Shown here one piece after another: positions 13,854 through 26,246 of a DNA stretch of 64,000 bases. The number at the start of each line of letters is the position of its first letter. Position 1 is the stretch's first letter. Origin of the DNA: Ophelia neglecta (Eukaryota); NCBI GenBank assembly GCA_965285935.1, contig OZ260665.1, forward strand, positions 18,166,001-18,230,000, read 5' to 3'. Both the position numbers and the translations under genes were made by a program. Under the pieces are notes generated by a model, which worked only from the letters and a program-made list of their open reading frames with translations, did no database searches and was not told the DNA's origin.

Positions 13854-14511
13854 TATTGCTTCGCTATTCAAGAAAAAAGATTTTTATTTTAGTATATGAA
13901 TATTATCGCATATAGGCTGGAACGTTTTTATCCTTATTTCCTTACCGGGAGAGTCCTGATTAATTTTTTCCCCACAACACTATGGTGAAACTTTATTACT
14001 CCTACTGGTTTTTAAATGCATTCAGAAATAGTTCAGAAATACTTAATACAATTTGAAGTCCATATTGACGCTTTTGCAATGAACTAATAAGATTTGTTCA
14101 ACACTACTATGCGTATATTGTTTAATTCCTGATATGACCCGAGCTTCTGCTATCGTATTTTGTATATATTATTGGTGTGTTTTGTTTTCCAAGCAACGTG
14201 AGGGTAATTTGAGTTGAAACTGCTTATAACTGTATATTTCTGCACTTTCAGAAACCCTATAGGAATGATAGCAGACGTAAACTTTATATTTCATAAATAT
14301 TTCTTAACGAAATAGAGACATATAGGACAAATAAAGCTCCTATTTTAATTCAAAAAAATATTTCCGCAACCACACGACCTGATATATTACCATTAACATT
14401 TCAACTTTTGAATATGAAAGCCCTTTAGGATCATATACATTGAAATGTTTGTTAAACATATGTGTGACACTTGCACTATAAGGTACCTGTTTTTTAACGT
14501 ACTAAAACACA

Positions 14512-14760
14512 GATTATTTTATTTTATTATTTTTTAACATTTCTATAGCGCTATTGACTGATCAATAGCGCTGCACAATTAGTATTCTTGGGTTAAGAGA
14601 TATCATGAACATCAATGTACAACTGTTATATACACAAAGTTTAAGACGGAATTTAACTATGGTGTTGCCTAAGAGCTATTAAAAGATAAAATAATGACTT
14701 ATGTTTGGAATGCTTGTTTAAAAAGGTGAGTTTTTAGTTTACGTTTAAAATCCGTCGGAT
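14512..14760 (-). mobile_element. 5'-truncated L2-clade LINE 3' end
   Basis: Minus strand reads FKRKLKTHLFKQAFQT*, a typical L2 ORF2 C-terminus, followed by a 3' stem-loop (AGCGCTATTGA..TCAATAGCGCT) and an AAT-rich tail. Confidence 0.7.
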
Positions 14761-14953
14761 GCCAAGTCAAGTAGTATTCACATGTACCACGCACCCCGGT
14801 TATAATCGTGCTAACTGATCCTGAACCTCATGGCTTTCCATACAAGTCGTGGGGCAACTGTGAACCTTGAAGTAACGTCGTTCCACAAATGGCTTCAAAC
14901 AACCAACTGTCCATAAAATCAGATGTACATGGTGAACGTTTTTTGAGTCCCTA

Positions 14954-17456
14954 TTAAACGTCTGTTGTGTTGAATGGATTTTGTCCGGCAGGTTGCGCCT
15001 CTAATTTGACCCAAAATGTTTCCTTGTCCTGCACAACTGTAGCTCTGGAATAATAAGCATATGCATTACAACTAAAGCTATTATTTTACGGCCATATGTA
15101 AAGTTTCGTTAGCATGCGCTATGACCTAGCTAAAAGAATCGGCTCTAAATACATTATCACTATAATGCATAATTTGTAACAACGAGTTCTTTTGGGTGGA
15201 ATTAGCACAACAGTTAAACCTGAATTGAAGACCATCTGTATATTAAGACCACCTGGTAATTCAGACCATTGTTTTGAATGCATACTTTCAATGTATAATA
15301 TCTTATCCAAACAGACTACCCCCATAATCATACCAGTAATTTCCAGTCCCTTTGCTGGTCTCAATTCACAGGTTTCACTCTACTTATTTTGCATTGTTGA
15401 ATCGTGTTATTCACATATTATAGTGAATGCTCAGCGCAGAATCTCATGCTCCAATATGTGTACTGGGCTCAGTATATGCCAACTTCATCAGTTCATATGT
15501 ATTTGTCTTGTTTATGACTAGGAATTCATCACATTACACAAATGCCATGAAATGATACTACTTGTCTTGGCAGACACAGCACTCAGACTTAAATGCTGAG
15601 CTGACAGAGGTGCTATACGAATAGACGCTAGGAGCCATTTGTGAAAAATCCTACCACGAATAGGCCTATCATGAGTTCAGTCAGGTTGAAGAACAAGCCA
15701 TTGAATGCCAATTCAGTACGAGAGCATACTGTACATGCTAGTTCAGTCATTACTGGTTGCAGAAGAGTACTGGTATGGTTTAATTTCCGAAGAGGAATAC
15801 CTACAAAAACCTCTTCAATCCAATGTTGTCAACGTCCTTCCATTGCGCCACCACTCTTGTTTTAGGCTGAGCGCTACTATGTGTTATTGCGTTCTGCACG
15901 GATCCGCAATCGACTGGTCTAATCCTAAATACAATACAATGAGAAAGTTTACATTTTCTTCAACATTTCAGTCTCACAGATAGAGTACAAATGCTAAGTA
16001 CTAAAGTCAGAAATGGGTGGTACCAATATCAAAATGGTAAACAGTGTGTACTTTATATAGGAAACACAAGTTAAAACTAACACACCACAAGAAACACACT
16101 AGTAGGTTCGTATTACTCATTATCGCATATGCAGGCCTATGATGATTATAATTTAGTTCCAAGCTTTGGCATTAAAGGCAAACAAGGTGATTTTCTTCTA
16201 TGGAAAAACAAGGTGAAATATCTTGAAAGAATGAAAAGATATTATTTTTACTTTAAAATGATTACATAGTATAGCTGAATTAATAAAATGCTTTTCATGT
16301 TGCCCAAATAAACCCTTAAACAGACCACGTTTGAGTAGCATTAAATAAAGCTGATTTAGACAGCAGATTAAATTCATTTCATTATCTCTAAACAGCTGTG
16401 CAGTGTTAGCCGGAAAGTCACTCATGCATAGATAGGTAGGCGATGGCCTCACGGATTCCGTTAACTGAGCCGTCATAATGAAATGTACTCACTTTATAAC
16501 AAATCAGCTTATAGGATGTTCGCGTTAAATAAGACATGATTGCATGGTCATTCATCGTGTTATATCGACTCGCCCAATGCATTTTTGCCTAATAATAACC
16601 ACTGCATAAACACTGCGGAAATGTGCATGTTCTAGAGGATTATTGTTCGGACATTTTATATCCCCCCAAAGGAAATTGTGCGAGTCATTTATGTAAGGGG
16701 CTTTATGTGCGGATTAATAACCAAACACTTCTTAAGTCCGCGTCAACTAAATCTCATAGTCCATCCCTATTGTGAATTTTCATATCATGTAATGGGCGCT
16801 AGAAATTAAAGGCCAATAACAGAAATGTGGCTCGGGCCTACAATAAGAATTGAGTGGGGGCTTTTCAATTTAAAACATACTCTGTTTCTTACTGAGTACC
16901 AACTAAGGTATTACTTTTCCTGTGAACAAAGAAAGTATTATTTTAATAAATTACCTTTTATTTCATTCAATACGAAAAGAATAGTTTCCTTTAATGCACA
17001 AACTTCCCTTGCGCCCCGGTCATATAAAATGGTATAAAATATCCATACCCGGACCCCATCATTGTGAAGGCTCCAATAGGGTAATCGAAATCGTCTCTTG
17101 CTTGTATGAAGAATCCTCGGAAGGAGGGGCCAGCCAGCTTTACTGAAAATAGAAATGAACCATAAAACTCAACATTAATCAAGAGAAAAGTTTTATAATT
17201 AGGCGAGGGTGCTGTCGTTTTGTCCTTCTAGAAATATGCTCAAGGAACAAATGTATAGCTGACCTTTATATGCTCCGCCGCTAAGCCTTTCATAATTGAA
17301 TGTATAGGGAGAGACCCCAGTCTGTGGTCGGGCAGAGTGCCCCACCCCTGGCGCGAGAAGCGTTGGTCGCATGTCTTTACAGGCGATCCTTGGGGCTCCA
17401 AAAGGAAAGCATGTACAGCAAACTACAGCTACTACAGCAATACAGGCTCGAAACAT
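14954..17456 (-). CDS. Secreted single Reeler-domain protein (defence-protein-like), copy A; 4 exons
   Basis: Exons 17456-17264, 17142-17004, 15924-15805, 15044-14954, all GT-AG and phase-consistent (1,2,2). Hydrophobic signal peptide, then FPFGAP..AC..M.P, FRGFFIQAR..D..IG.F, DC..NAITH, W, ATVVQ...FWV motifs. Alternative ATG at 17474. Confidence 0.9.
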
Positions 17457-17502
17457 ACAGAATAAAACTCTCATTTCTGTTACGTTGTTGGTAAACAAAA
17501 TA

Positions 17503-17510
17503 CTTTTATA
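17503..17510 (-). promoter_or_regulatory. Candidate TATA box of Reeler gene A
   Basis: TATAAAAG on the minus strand ~50 nt upstream of ATG 17456. Confidence 0.5.
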
Positions 17511-17702
17511 AGATGAATAAACATTTATCGGCCACGTACCAGTCTACCAGTCGTGGCAGTTTTGGGCTTATGACAGGTGGTTATCTGTACATCAATAGGA
17601 GAATAAGATAAGTTGGACGCACTTACACAGAAAACGACCTTGACGGCTAATGATAAACCACTGACCAGGGAAAAGCCGTACAGGTGATGTAACATTTGGT
17701 AT

Positions 17703-18230
17703 ATTCAGTTCAGTACAGTTCAGTTTATTAACATTGGAATTTATATTACTTCTTTTCATTTACATTTCCTTTTTAATGTTTTATACCATACGATACAAAT
17801 TTATCCAATGACAAAGGGAACTGGACACAAATTGTGCATATGTTCCATCACTAGAAACGCCAATTAACTACATAAACAGAATTGCATGTGCCAGAGGGAA
17901 AAAACATACAAAATAATCTCCGATATAACAATTTTACAACCTCCTAGGAAATATCCAACAATAGAAATAGAAAATAACTATTTTATTACCGGTTATATGT
18001 ATGATAATACGTACTTTTTAAAAAAGATTGGAAAAGTATAGTATCTAAATTTACAGAAGGTACGCCCTTTTCTGAAGTTTATATATAGAGTATGTTGCAG
18101 TTTTGGCACCAGAACCCCACACCCCAATACAATAATTAAAGTAAGGCAGTACAAACTGCTGTACAAAGTCAATAGAGTAGATTTATGGAGGAAACGTCTA
18201 CCTTTAAATAAAATACCAAGCATTTGAATC
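17703..18230 (-). mobile_element. Decayed CR1-group LINE 3' fragment
   Basis: LGILFKGRRFLHKSTLLTLYSSL...GVW-like ORF2 thumb-region remnant (frameshifted); 3' end has AATAAA followed by an (ACTGA)n tail at 17703-17730. Confidence 0.6.
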
Positions 18231-18484
18231 TTTATTTTCTTAAACTAGCTTTAAAATGTATATGACCAATTTGCAATTATAGAACTCTCACATCTGGTAG
18301 GCCTATCGTTGACCAAAATAAAAAATAACAGATTCTTATATTGTAGCTGGTTAATAACCTTTGAGCAGTTCCAGTAACAATCTTGTTTATTTCTACTATA
18401 CTAAATACAAAAGTAAACAATCGTTTGCAAATTATAGTATATGTTGCCCGATTTTCTTTATTTCTCTCAGCCTTGAGTATATTT

Positions 18485-20411
18485 CTACTTGGTGATGTCA
18501 ATTCCTTCAAGTTTCACCCAAAATACACTGACGTTCTGGACCACAGTTGCTCTGCAATATGTTATCACGTTAAGTGCAAATGGTAACTTTCATAGAATGA
18601 CTTGTGAAATACCAAACACTGTTCATAATGGGTATAATGTTCTATAAGTAGCTTGGAAGGGATTAATTCTTTACCTTTCAGCATCGATTAAGAACAAATC
18701 GTTAAGGGTAATCAATTTAGATTAAACATAGAATGACGATAATCAGGTTAATTCTACAAGTACCCTCTTTCTTTCGTGACATTCCTAAAGCATTAAAACG
18801 AAATATAGATTTATTTGAAATTCTGACTATGAACAATAAATAGCTTACAAAAATGTTGTTGGAGACTCTTCTTGATTTCTGTACCATTTTGCAATGACTT
18901 CCGTTTTAGCATGGTTGTTATTATGAGTCAAGGCGAACCCATACTGGTCCAAATCACCACAGTCGACTTCTTGCGAAAACCTGTAAAGCGATATGGATAT
19001 CTAAATATATGACGGCTTGTCAGAGCACCCAATAACAACTGCCTTTGATTTTAATTAAAAGCAGTGGTTCGGCGCTTTGGCGGAGGTGCAACAGGAATTA
19101 TACTAGATTAGAATAACATAACCCTAACCTTCTCCTTAACCATAAAATCAACACCACCCTAGTTCAGCAGAACTTAGGCTTCATGCGGTCTAGAAAATCT
19201 AATGTCCTTGACAACCACCTCCTCCTAGCCCCCAAACCTCCGCGATTTATCAAAAGCCATTACAACCGTATCAGATCATTCCAAAACACTGATATTAGTA
19301 CGCGTGGAATCGTTTCTGCTTTTAACAAGAAAAAAAACATTTACACCACTGGAGGTAAAACTTACTCGTCGTGTTCCACAAAGTCCCCCATGATTTTGTC
19401 CTGCTCATCGCGAGCTTGTATAAAAAAGCCTTTGAATGTCTCCTCTCCCGTCAGTGATACTGTGGAAAAGAATGATAATAATAGAGATATAATCAGTTGA
19501 CAATAATATTAAATCCTGGAGGATATTAACTGCTAATACGTAATGTCAGAATTAAATGCGGCACATAAGAGGAAAGCTGAATATTAACTATCGCACAATG
19601 CCATTTAGAAAAACGTTGATAATCAAGGTAAATTCATTAAAATTATTCACCCACCACATATTGTTGGATTTCTGTAGTGTTTGTTTCTCTTTACCAACAA
19701 CATACATAAATTTACTAAAACTGATATTTATATTTACAGGATTCGATTTCCCCGCCGATTGAGGGCGATGTGGCATTTCTTTGGACCAGAGATGCATAGG
19801 CTTTCATATCAGCAAGTTTAGATGACATGACGATAAGGCCAGTTTAATGCTTTGTATGTATGGCCAAGATTTCTGAAAATTGTTCTCACCATTCCATAGG
19901 TTAAGGATTTTATTTTTAAGGTTCTCACTAGTGTGTATATTTACGATGTAATTTAAACGTTTCTCCCCTGTGTATAATGTTGAGGATATTTCTTAGTTTC
20001 ACCCGTGTATTTATGTTGAGGTTTTTTATTGTTCTCACTGATTATACCCTGAGAATTTTACTAGTATATGTTAAGGATTTTATTTTTACTCTCCTCGGTA
20101 ATGTATATGTTTAAAATTTCATTTTTACTATTCCCACCTGTGATTATGTTAAGGATTTTATTTTTAATTTCCTCACTAAGGTATATGTTGAGGATTTTAT
20201 TCAAGTTGTTATCACCTGTATATACGTTGTCTTCGTCCCTTGAGTATGTGAGATTGAAGGGGGCCGACCCCCGCTGTGGGAGGCCGGCATGTCCGTAGCC
20301 TGGGTAAAGCTGCTCAGGCAGCATGGTTTGGCAGGCGGCTTCCGGTGCCCCAAAAGGAAGAGGCAGTGCCAGCGACACTAAGCAGCTGAGAACAATAATC
20401 GTCCTGTACAT
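18485..20411 (-). CDS. Secreted single Reeler-domain protein (defence-protein-like), copy B; 4 exons
   Basis: Exons 20411-20216, 19459-19366, 18980-18849, 18551-18485; same intron phases as copy A. MYRTIIVLSCLVSLALP signal peptide; LPFGAPEAACQTMLP, FKGFFIQARD, VDCG..ALTH, ATVVQNVSVFWV motifs. Confidence 0.9.
19890..20230. repeat. ~39-bp degenerate minisatellite at the exon 1 donor of Reeler gene B
   Basis: TATGTT(A/G)AGGATTTTATTTTTA recurs at ~39-nt spacing; the read-through ORF shows a 13-aa period (KNKILNIY). Confidence 0.8.
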
Positions 20412-21181
20412 AGTTATATTGAAGATCCACACTCTAGATAGTTCTGTAAGCGATCCACACATTGTCAATAGCGTTTCAAATTTGTGAAGATTAGCTATTT
20501 GCCTAGCTGAAAACATAAATCCAAGCGTCTATAACTATGAGTAAATTGGCCAGCGCTTATCAAGATAAACACAATATCCGCTGTCGTCTACGCTAGATAT
20601 GAATATCTCACTATGTCACGACATCTGATAAGAAACCTGGTTTATTTTCTGGCTAGAAGTCGTGACACAGTGAGATATGCCGCCCACTATCGTTATGTTC
20701 ATTCTTAGAGGGGGAGATCCCTGTTCCCATGACAAATCTCAAGGAATAAGTTAGTTTTTATTGAAATAGTGTATAACTTGTCACGTTTACGTGTAGTTAA
20801 ACCAAACAGTCGCAGGTCACATTGAATGACGAACTTTGATCCGAAAGAACAGAAAAAGTCAAACCCCGGGCTACGTTGATTAAAATAGCCGATCGCAGGG
20901 GTCGAAATTACCATCTGCTTACACAGCTCCTCCGCCCTTATATGTTAAGGCGCATATTTTGACCAGAAGCTGATAACTCTAACTGGGAAAGAGAGTTCGT
21001 GACCTAGATAACTCATGTGCGTTCGTTTAGATAATTTTCGAGCCAGATTCCGGTGTAACTTATTACCACGCACGGAAGTCGTGACGAAGACGAACTGTGT
21101 AACTCTTTAGTAGCTCGAAGGTGAGGTGGTAAAAGGAGGCGGACGTGTCTACGTATATCGTCGTATAATAAATAAATTTAA

Positions 21182-22968
21182 GGGTATACCGAACCCCTAC
21201 TGGATGTTAAATTTCATAATTGGGTGATTTTTGAAAATGTACTGTTTTAGATAGAGCTTGATCTGCTCTATCCATTGGTGTGTTTATTTTCATTCTTAGC
21301 ATTTTATATTTTACTCAAAAAAGGATTTTTATTCATGCCCAACAGCTAATTGTTTGTTTAAAACAAGACATGTTATGGCATTGTTAGCCACGTGACCATA
21401 GTGATCAGCCATGCATGACCAAGCATTAGGCAATGGCAATTAGGCTCCTCCCCACTCTCACTGGATCACTGATAGTTGTGATAAACTGAATAATATGACA
21501 GGATACCTGTGCATAATATGTTAGTGTACCCAAGAAATCACTAATAGAACTCATGTAAAATGGCTCCAAGGAAGAGGCTGTGTCCGAATTTTCATATGAC
21601 AATAAACTTGTCAATTATAGTATATAATAGGTCTACAGAATGTATAGCAAGCTTTGACATAGAGCCCGATGAAAACGACGACAAATACAGATAATTGCGC
21701 TTCATGTACATGCAGTCAATGTGCTTTATTATAGAGCGTGTGTGAGAAGGCATGTACATGTATGTGAGCGATAAAACGTGAAACAAGCGTTCCTTACTTA
21801 CAAGATGTATATTTATAACCGAGAATTTCAATATATCAAATTTAACAGAGGCTAATCCATTCCTACAGGCACAGACCAGAGTTTATCCCACAATTGGCCG
21901 CAATCTAATTACAAATGTTTGAAAAGGGTCTCTTTTCCCGTCCCATCCTTTAGGAATATCACACCATCCACAGTTATTTTGTATATGAAGTACACGGTAT
22001 TTGCAATAATCAATCGATGTCTGAAGTCACATATTATTCTTTCGCTAATTAAATTCCAACTGATGATGCATGATTTATATTTGACAAAGTCGCTAAACTT
22101 ATATAAACAGATGATACCACTAATCTCCCCTACTTGGCTCCGCCCATAAGGGCTGACGCGACGGCATCACAGCCAATTAAAATGTGTCCGTGTGGCTCAC
22201 CACATGGAACTGAATGAGTGACATTTCAACCGACTAAAACTCACCGACTAAACTCTCAAAATTACGCTTATGATTGGAAGAAAGAAAATGACAGTTTGTG
22301 GATTGTAGGGTACTATACTGCCCTAGTGGCTAGTTAAAAGGTGAGAATGCATCAAGCCAAATCCAGGCGTCCAGGTGAGAAAAACAGTGTTCCGGCGCAT
22401 TCTTTGTTAATTATCCGCGAAGATGAGTTGGTGTAAATTGCAAGCTATTCATCATTTCAAACAACGCTGGCCTCGTCAAACTTTAACCGAATTAAAATCC
22501 GCAAACGGTAACTTGTCAACAAGAGTTAGATCTAGTAAACGGTCATTCAGATTTTTTATAAGATTTTCCATCAATTAGTAATCAATCGCCAAAGTTGAAA
22601 TAGCCAATTCATGAGTACTATATTAGATGACTATAGTTACAAAGCCTATTTAAATCACTGGTTAGGAGAGGAATTTGGAAAATCTGAATGACCGTTTACT
22701 AGTTTACACTCTAAGGAACACATTGGTACAACTGTCACACTGGTAAATTATGTCAGTGGTTCATGGCAGCCTTTGAAAAAAAATACCTATATTTTCTGAC
22801 AAAAAGTGCTACAAAGTCACAATTTTCAATTTGTTTTTCAGAAATTTCCACTCATAGGCCTTATGGTATGTAGTGGGCACTATATATTATGAAAAAGTTG
22901 TTGTATATTGTAATCGTCGACAAAAATCAATTTTAACACTTTACATCAACTAGGGGTTCGGTATACTC
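21182..22968. mobile_element. Non-autonomous TIR DNA transposon with TTAA target duplication (Kolobok-type)
   Basis: TTAA|GGGTATACCGAACCCCTA ... TAGGGGTTCGGTATACTC|TTAA. RR...YY termini with a TTAA TSD fit Kolobok rather than piggyBac (CC...GG). No transposase ORF seen. Confidence 0.75.
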
Positions 22969-24499
22969 TTAAGACCCTTTCGTTGGATGGTCGGAACTAC
23001 TTTTTTGGAAAAAAAATTAGCGTCGCTAGAAGGAGCGTCGACAGACGACCGAAACGTACGCCACGTACCGTTGTAAAGCTCGACTCTACCATGCATTGCG
23101 ACTTAACGTAGAGGCCCGGTCACTAATTACCAGGTTAGGGGCTGGGTAAAATAAGGCATAATTGAGTTTCAATTGATGACCCCTATGATCGGAGAATATA
23201 CTTAATGACGCCCCCAACCGCCCCCAATGATTGAAAAAGAAAATGAAGACCCCCATTGAAAACTCTGCCATATACCCCTAGGTCCTTAATCAAAAATTGA
23301 ATGGCTGGCAAGCTTACTATTTTGCCGGGAAAACGAAGGGCATCATTAGATAGCCAGATGAATAAACTGCCCGAAAAATCAACTATTAATATCCAGAAAG
23401 CAAATATTTGAGAGAAAAAACATGATTTTATAACAAAGTTTTACTACTACTACTGGAAGTCCCATTCACGTATAATGGGGCTTCCGGTTTATCAAGGAAC
23501 CAGCAATTTTCTATGCGAGACCCCCCCCCCCCTCGACAATCAAAACTATCATTATTTATATCAAATATTAACACCCGTCTTTTGCGGGGCCAAAGAAAGG
23601 GGTAATTAAGTTATATGAACTTTTAAACTGAACCCCAGATTTTAACTTGTATTTACTTTTCTTCCCTTGTTCTGAGTTCTGGTTTCCACTGCACTACCGT
23701 TCTAGGTTTTCTTTACTGAACACTTGTCTGTGTCTTATTACTAATTTATTTCCAGCGTGCGCACCCTACAAGGAGCCCTCAAATATGAGGATTTGTAGTA
23801 CTGATAGAAAGATAGAAAGAAAGAAAGAATTTGACCTTTAAAGTCAGATAAATTAAATGTATGGGTTTTAAAGCTTTAAAGTCAGACCAGGATTTGATAA
23901 TCAAGGTCGCCACTGCATCTTTTCTGTGGTTCCTTTGCATAAGATTTCTTATGAGAGGTAACTTTAGTGCATTATATATATCCACCGTGCACTGTTATTT
24001 ATTATTTGCCCAAATTCGGGGCCCTCTTGGCGCGAAATTCAAAATTCAATATTCGTATAGCCATCTGGTGTCAATTTCGGGACAGTGTGAATTTCAGTTA
24101 ACTCAATTGACATTTTATATTAACACGAGACGAAGGTCAATAGAAGATCACCAATAGTGTCCTTGTACATGTATATGACTTCCTATTTGTGGTAAAAATT
24201 TTTGATTTACATATTTTACACCCTTATGCCATTCGTAGAGGGGGAAAGATATTCAATTATGGTAAATTGACCTTGAAAGTGAAACCAAGGTCAAATTCAA
24301 TATCATGACTGTATGCCTTGGATATAACTCCCTATTAGTCATCATTATATATGATGGACCTACCATGCATGGTTAAACCAATAGGACTCACCGAAAGTTC
24401 AGCTGTTAAATTTAATATTCATCCCTGTCAATGTCAGCGCCCTATCTGTAAAACTTTTTGAAAATTTAAAATAATTAATGAGGGCGCTAAAAAGCTTCG

Positions 24500-25230
24500 G
24501 AACTTGAGTAATAACAGTAGTAGTGAGTTCCTAGATAAGTATTCTAAAAAAACTTGCCAGTCCCAAGCACACCTATAAAGACAAGCTGATCTATGTGCAT
24601 CGAGGCATTGCTTAGCTACAGCCATTTTATTTCTTTGCTTTTTTTGTCACCTTTCCTTAATTAGAAAAATGTAGGACAAGGTCAAGGTCAAGTCTGACCA
24701 CACCTTTGGGAGCACAGCATATTTTTTTCCCATACTATCCCCATAGTAAATTAGGACTTACTGCCATTTAAAAAAATTAGACTGCATTAAAAGTATGTTA
24801 GTTTGCACATCTGTTAATCAGTTAATGGCCAGGCGTAGCTGCTTCAACCCTGTTAGTTTCAGGGCAGTAACTTTATTACTTTGCCAAAATGGCATTATTG
24901 AGGGTACTGAAAAACTTTCTTAACTTATTACTAGTAAAAAGTTGTTTTAAAAGTATTTTAAAAATATTTGTCAGTCCCAAGCATGCCAATAACAACAAAA
25001 GCATTTCTGTGCGTCAAGGCGTTGCCTAGTTAAAAAACAAGTTGTTTTTGTAACTTTTCTATACCATCACAATAGGCTTACTCAAATATTAAACAATTTG
25101 GACTGTATTAAAAAATACATACCAGGGTATTTCTGTTCCCATGGTGACTACGTATATTTACAGATTTTACCCTAAAACGAATCAGTTAATGGCTAGACAT
25201 AGGTCAATTTCAGTGCAGTTCATATAAAAC
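24500..25230. repeat. Old diverged tandem duplication (~0.4-kb period), probably part of a decayed repeat element
   Basis: CAGTCCCAAGCA..TGTGC(A/G)TC(G/A)AGGC(A/G)TTGC(T/C)TAG at ~24558 and ~24972; AATCAGTTAATGGC at ~24816 and ~25180. Confidence 0.55.
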
Positions 25231-26246
25231 CTTTTGCTAAAACATTTAACAGGGGGCGGTGAAGGCGGTAGCAGCAGTGCAGCGGCCATGGGAGCAGGAT
25301 CACCAGACAACCTGGAAGCACATTACATACCACCCATTTTTTCTTAGAAAAAATGTAGGGGAGGGGGGGGGGGGCGGAGGGATAACAAGTGTTGCACATA
25401 GGAGTAAGGGAGAGCCATCCGAAATTATCTCAAGGCAGTTGCTCACTGACCCCTTTGACCCTGTTTCTGGCAGCAGCTTCCCATTTCTTCTGCTCACATT
25501 CTAAATGTATTAATATGTTTAGAATCTGAGAGTAGGACAAAATGTACCAGGTTAAGTCTATGGTACGTACATGACTGTGTGTAGTTAAGGCAAGAACTCA
25601 GTGTTCTCTAGGTACATGTTTTCACTTTCTAGAGACAATTGCATACAGGCAATCAAAAGAAAAAAGCATGATAATCATTACTGTCTATGCTAATTACCCA
25701 TCAGAGCAACCATCTTACTTAATTGTAATATGTGTATATATAAGCGCATACATAGATGAATACTTTTCGCAAAACAAATGTCTGGCCTTGTTTATATACA
25801 TTGGACAGACTTCGGTTAGTAAGCAAATAATGACCATCATTAAGGGCAACAGAGTAAATTGCTCTAGAATATGCTCTAGGCCATATTCTCAAAGGGGACA
25901 TGATTCACCTTGTTTAAAGGTGGGCCTATGTTGAGCACCCAATTGTTTGCTGATATAAAACACTAAAATGTTTTGTTTTTAATATCATACACAAAAATCA
26001 ATTTTGGTTATTATTTTTTAACATGTTTATGTTACAGACATTATCTATGTTGTTTGTCTCGGCTAATGTACAAAAGAGGATTCTGGCTGTCGGCTTATTG
26101 TAGAGAGAATTGCAATGTACTGATTGCTTCACGTAAGTAGTATTAATCGAATTTATCGAGCGGTGGGATTGTACACATGCATTTTACTGATTAAAATGGG
26201 AGTCAGTAGTAGAGCAATATTCACCGACAATAATACTTCCATGACT

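Noticed and set aside
16995-17012. Non-canonical GG/GA donor in Reeler A exon 2
   Set aside because: A canonical GT donor at 17003-17002 gives the correct phase 2 for exon 3.
23730-24420. Helentron/HINE-like element with TTGACCTT / AAGGTCAA motifs
   Set aside because: Probably repeat-derived, but I could not define both ends or a target site, so it is not reported as a feature.
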